A DNA stretch of 64,000 nucleotides from positions 11,532,001 to 11,596,000 of the forward strand of contig JBHGNT010000017.1 in NCBI GenBank assembly GCA_043228905.1, given 5' to 3'. The stretch comes from Azolla caroliniana (lineage: Eukaryota > Plantae > Polypodiophyta). Shown here one piece after another: positions 62,545-64,000 of the stretch; the first letter of the stretch is position 1, and the number at the start of each line of letters is the position of its first letter. The position numbers and the translations under genes are program-made. The notes beneath the pieces are model-generated. The model made no database searches, was not told the DNA's origin, and was given only the letters and a program-made list of their open reading frames with translations.

Positions 62545-62560
62545 AACTCCCCCTTCACTC

Positions 62561-63108
62561 CTATGGGAGGGAGTTAGTTAGTCTTGTTTTCTCTCGACAG
62601 ACTCTAGGTCTGTCCATAGGTAGGTTCTTCGTGAGCATGTCGGATCCATTATCATTAGTATGGATCTTCACAAGGATAAACTCTCCTTCATCTACCTTCT
62701 TCAGCAACCAATGGTACCTCCTCTGTATATGCTTGGTCCGGGAGTGGTATGTACCATTCTTGGCTAGATGTATGGCACTTTGGCTGTCCCAATGAAGCAA
62801 GAACTCCATTTTCTTTCTCCCTAACTCATTGAGAAAATTTCTCATCCAGATCAGCTCTTTGTCAGCCTCTACCGCTCTCATGTACTCAGCCTCTCTGGTC
62901 GACAAAGCCACTGACTTTTGTAGTCATGACTGCGACGACACTGCTCCCCCTGCATAGGTCATCACGTACTCTGATGTGGATCAGCTTGAGTCTACATCCC
63001 CTCACATGTCTGAGTCGGTAAAACCTTCCAGCATAGGTTTTCCGACACTATACCTAAGGTACACCCTCGAGGTGCATTTCAAGTACCTGAGTATCCACTT
63101 CACCGCTA
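62561..63108 (-). pseudogene. pol: Copia RNase H fragment
   Basis: ALSTREAEY, DSQSAIHLAKN, RTKHIQRRYHW, DMLTK. Confidence 0.9.
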
Positions 63109-63109
63109 T

Positions 63110-63885
63110 CATAAAGATCCATCACTAGGTGTGGATTGTGAGGTGGAACCTCCGGGGTCCTGGACAGGAAGGATTCGAAGTATACACTAGCTTTAGTGAG
63201 AAAGTATTAAAGATAGATTGAAAGAGAGAGGGAGAGAGAGAGATTAAGATAAAGATTAAACGCTTGACTTTAGATTTGAGAGAGAAGATATATCAACTAT
63301 AGGATTACAAGTTTTCTTATTTTTCCCCAATTTTACATTAGTTTTCCCTTGCTTGATTCCTCCACTCTTTTATAGATGCCCCCATGCATATGGTGCATGT
63401 GAGGGTGCAAGACATGCACCGAATGCATAAAATGCACGCAATGCATGCTTGCCATGTCATAATCTAAGTCTCATGTATGAGAATTTACGTGTAAAAGTAT
63501 AGTGATAAAAATATAACCCTTAAAGAAATGATTTGGCTTAATGGTAAGCCTATAGACTCTCAACTTGGAGGTGCAAGGTTCAAATTCTTATTTGCACCCC
63601 TTTGTATACAAAAACGTTTTCACTAGGCTTTTTAGTCTTGTTTTTTTTTATTACAAATCTTTAAGTGCATATTACACCTTCACTTGTCGCCAAAGAACTA
63701 GACGATTTTGTTCATTTCACACCGAAAAACTTGAAGGCATCGTGCATGGCGATCAATCTACCCATCCGTTCCATTCAATTTGCATCCGTTTGGTCTGGCC
63801 CGGTCCGCATCTTGATCTGGTTCGGTCCGCAGCCCAAGCTGGTTCTTTCCGGTCGCTAGTCGTCGTTGCCGTCTCGTCGGCGACA
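63110..63885 (-). repeat. Probable TGTCG-type LTR (3'-truncated) containing a tRNA-like segment at 63534-63597
   Basis: Minus strand starts TGTCGCCG and has CTATAAAAG, a CATGCA-rich block and the TCCAGGACCCCGGAGGTTCC motif. Same layout as the 6449-7151 LTR. Confidence 0.6.
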
Positions 63886-64000
63886 TCTAAAACCTTTATA
63901 AGTAGCTAGGCCACACCCATTCATTTGATTAGTTTAGTTCAAGTCACCTTGAACTTTGCATGCTCCACACAAAAACACAAGAATAATAGCTTTTGCTTTG

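Noticed and set aside
63534-63597. Functional tRNA gene
   Set aside because: No convincing acceptor or anticodon stem. It is embedded in an LTR and reported only as tRNA-like.

Overview
Gene-free eukaryotic window made almost entirely of nested and fragmented LTR retrotransposons. It is very likely a land plant, and the element mix suggests a non-seed plant (inference). Four groups are present. (1) Athila/Tat-related non-chromovirus Ty3/gypsy elements in three subfamilies (A, B, C) plus a 3.1-kb non-coding derivative; the coding subfamilies carry a large sense extra ORF after integrase. (2) A divergent gypsy group with TGTCG...CGACA LTR ends and a tRNA-Trp PBS. (3) Several Ty1/copia elements, including a very young one (12873-18483; 749-bp LTRs with 1 mismatch seen; perfect AACGC TSD). 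(4) A Tcn1/Tf2-like pol fragment. The main finding is that no group (1) element has a polypurine tract next to its 3' LTR. All seven 3' junctions instead carry a conserved ~41-nt structured motif (GTGGG-TTCGAC-[hairpin]-TCCCAC-GGGCGTGCCA). It mimics the T-arm and acceptor 3' end of tRNA-Arg(UCU), ends in CCA (TCA in one degenerate copy) 2-5 nt before the LTR where the LTR start is intact, and shows compensatory changes across families. This suggests a non-PPT, tRNA-like route for plus-strand priming. All alignments and tRNA assignments were made by eye or from recalled tRNA sequences and need computational confirmation.
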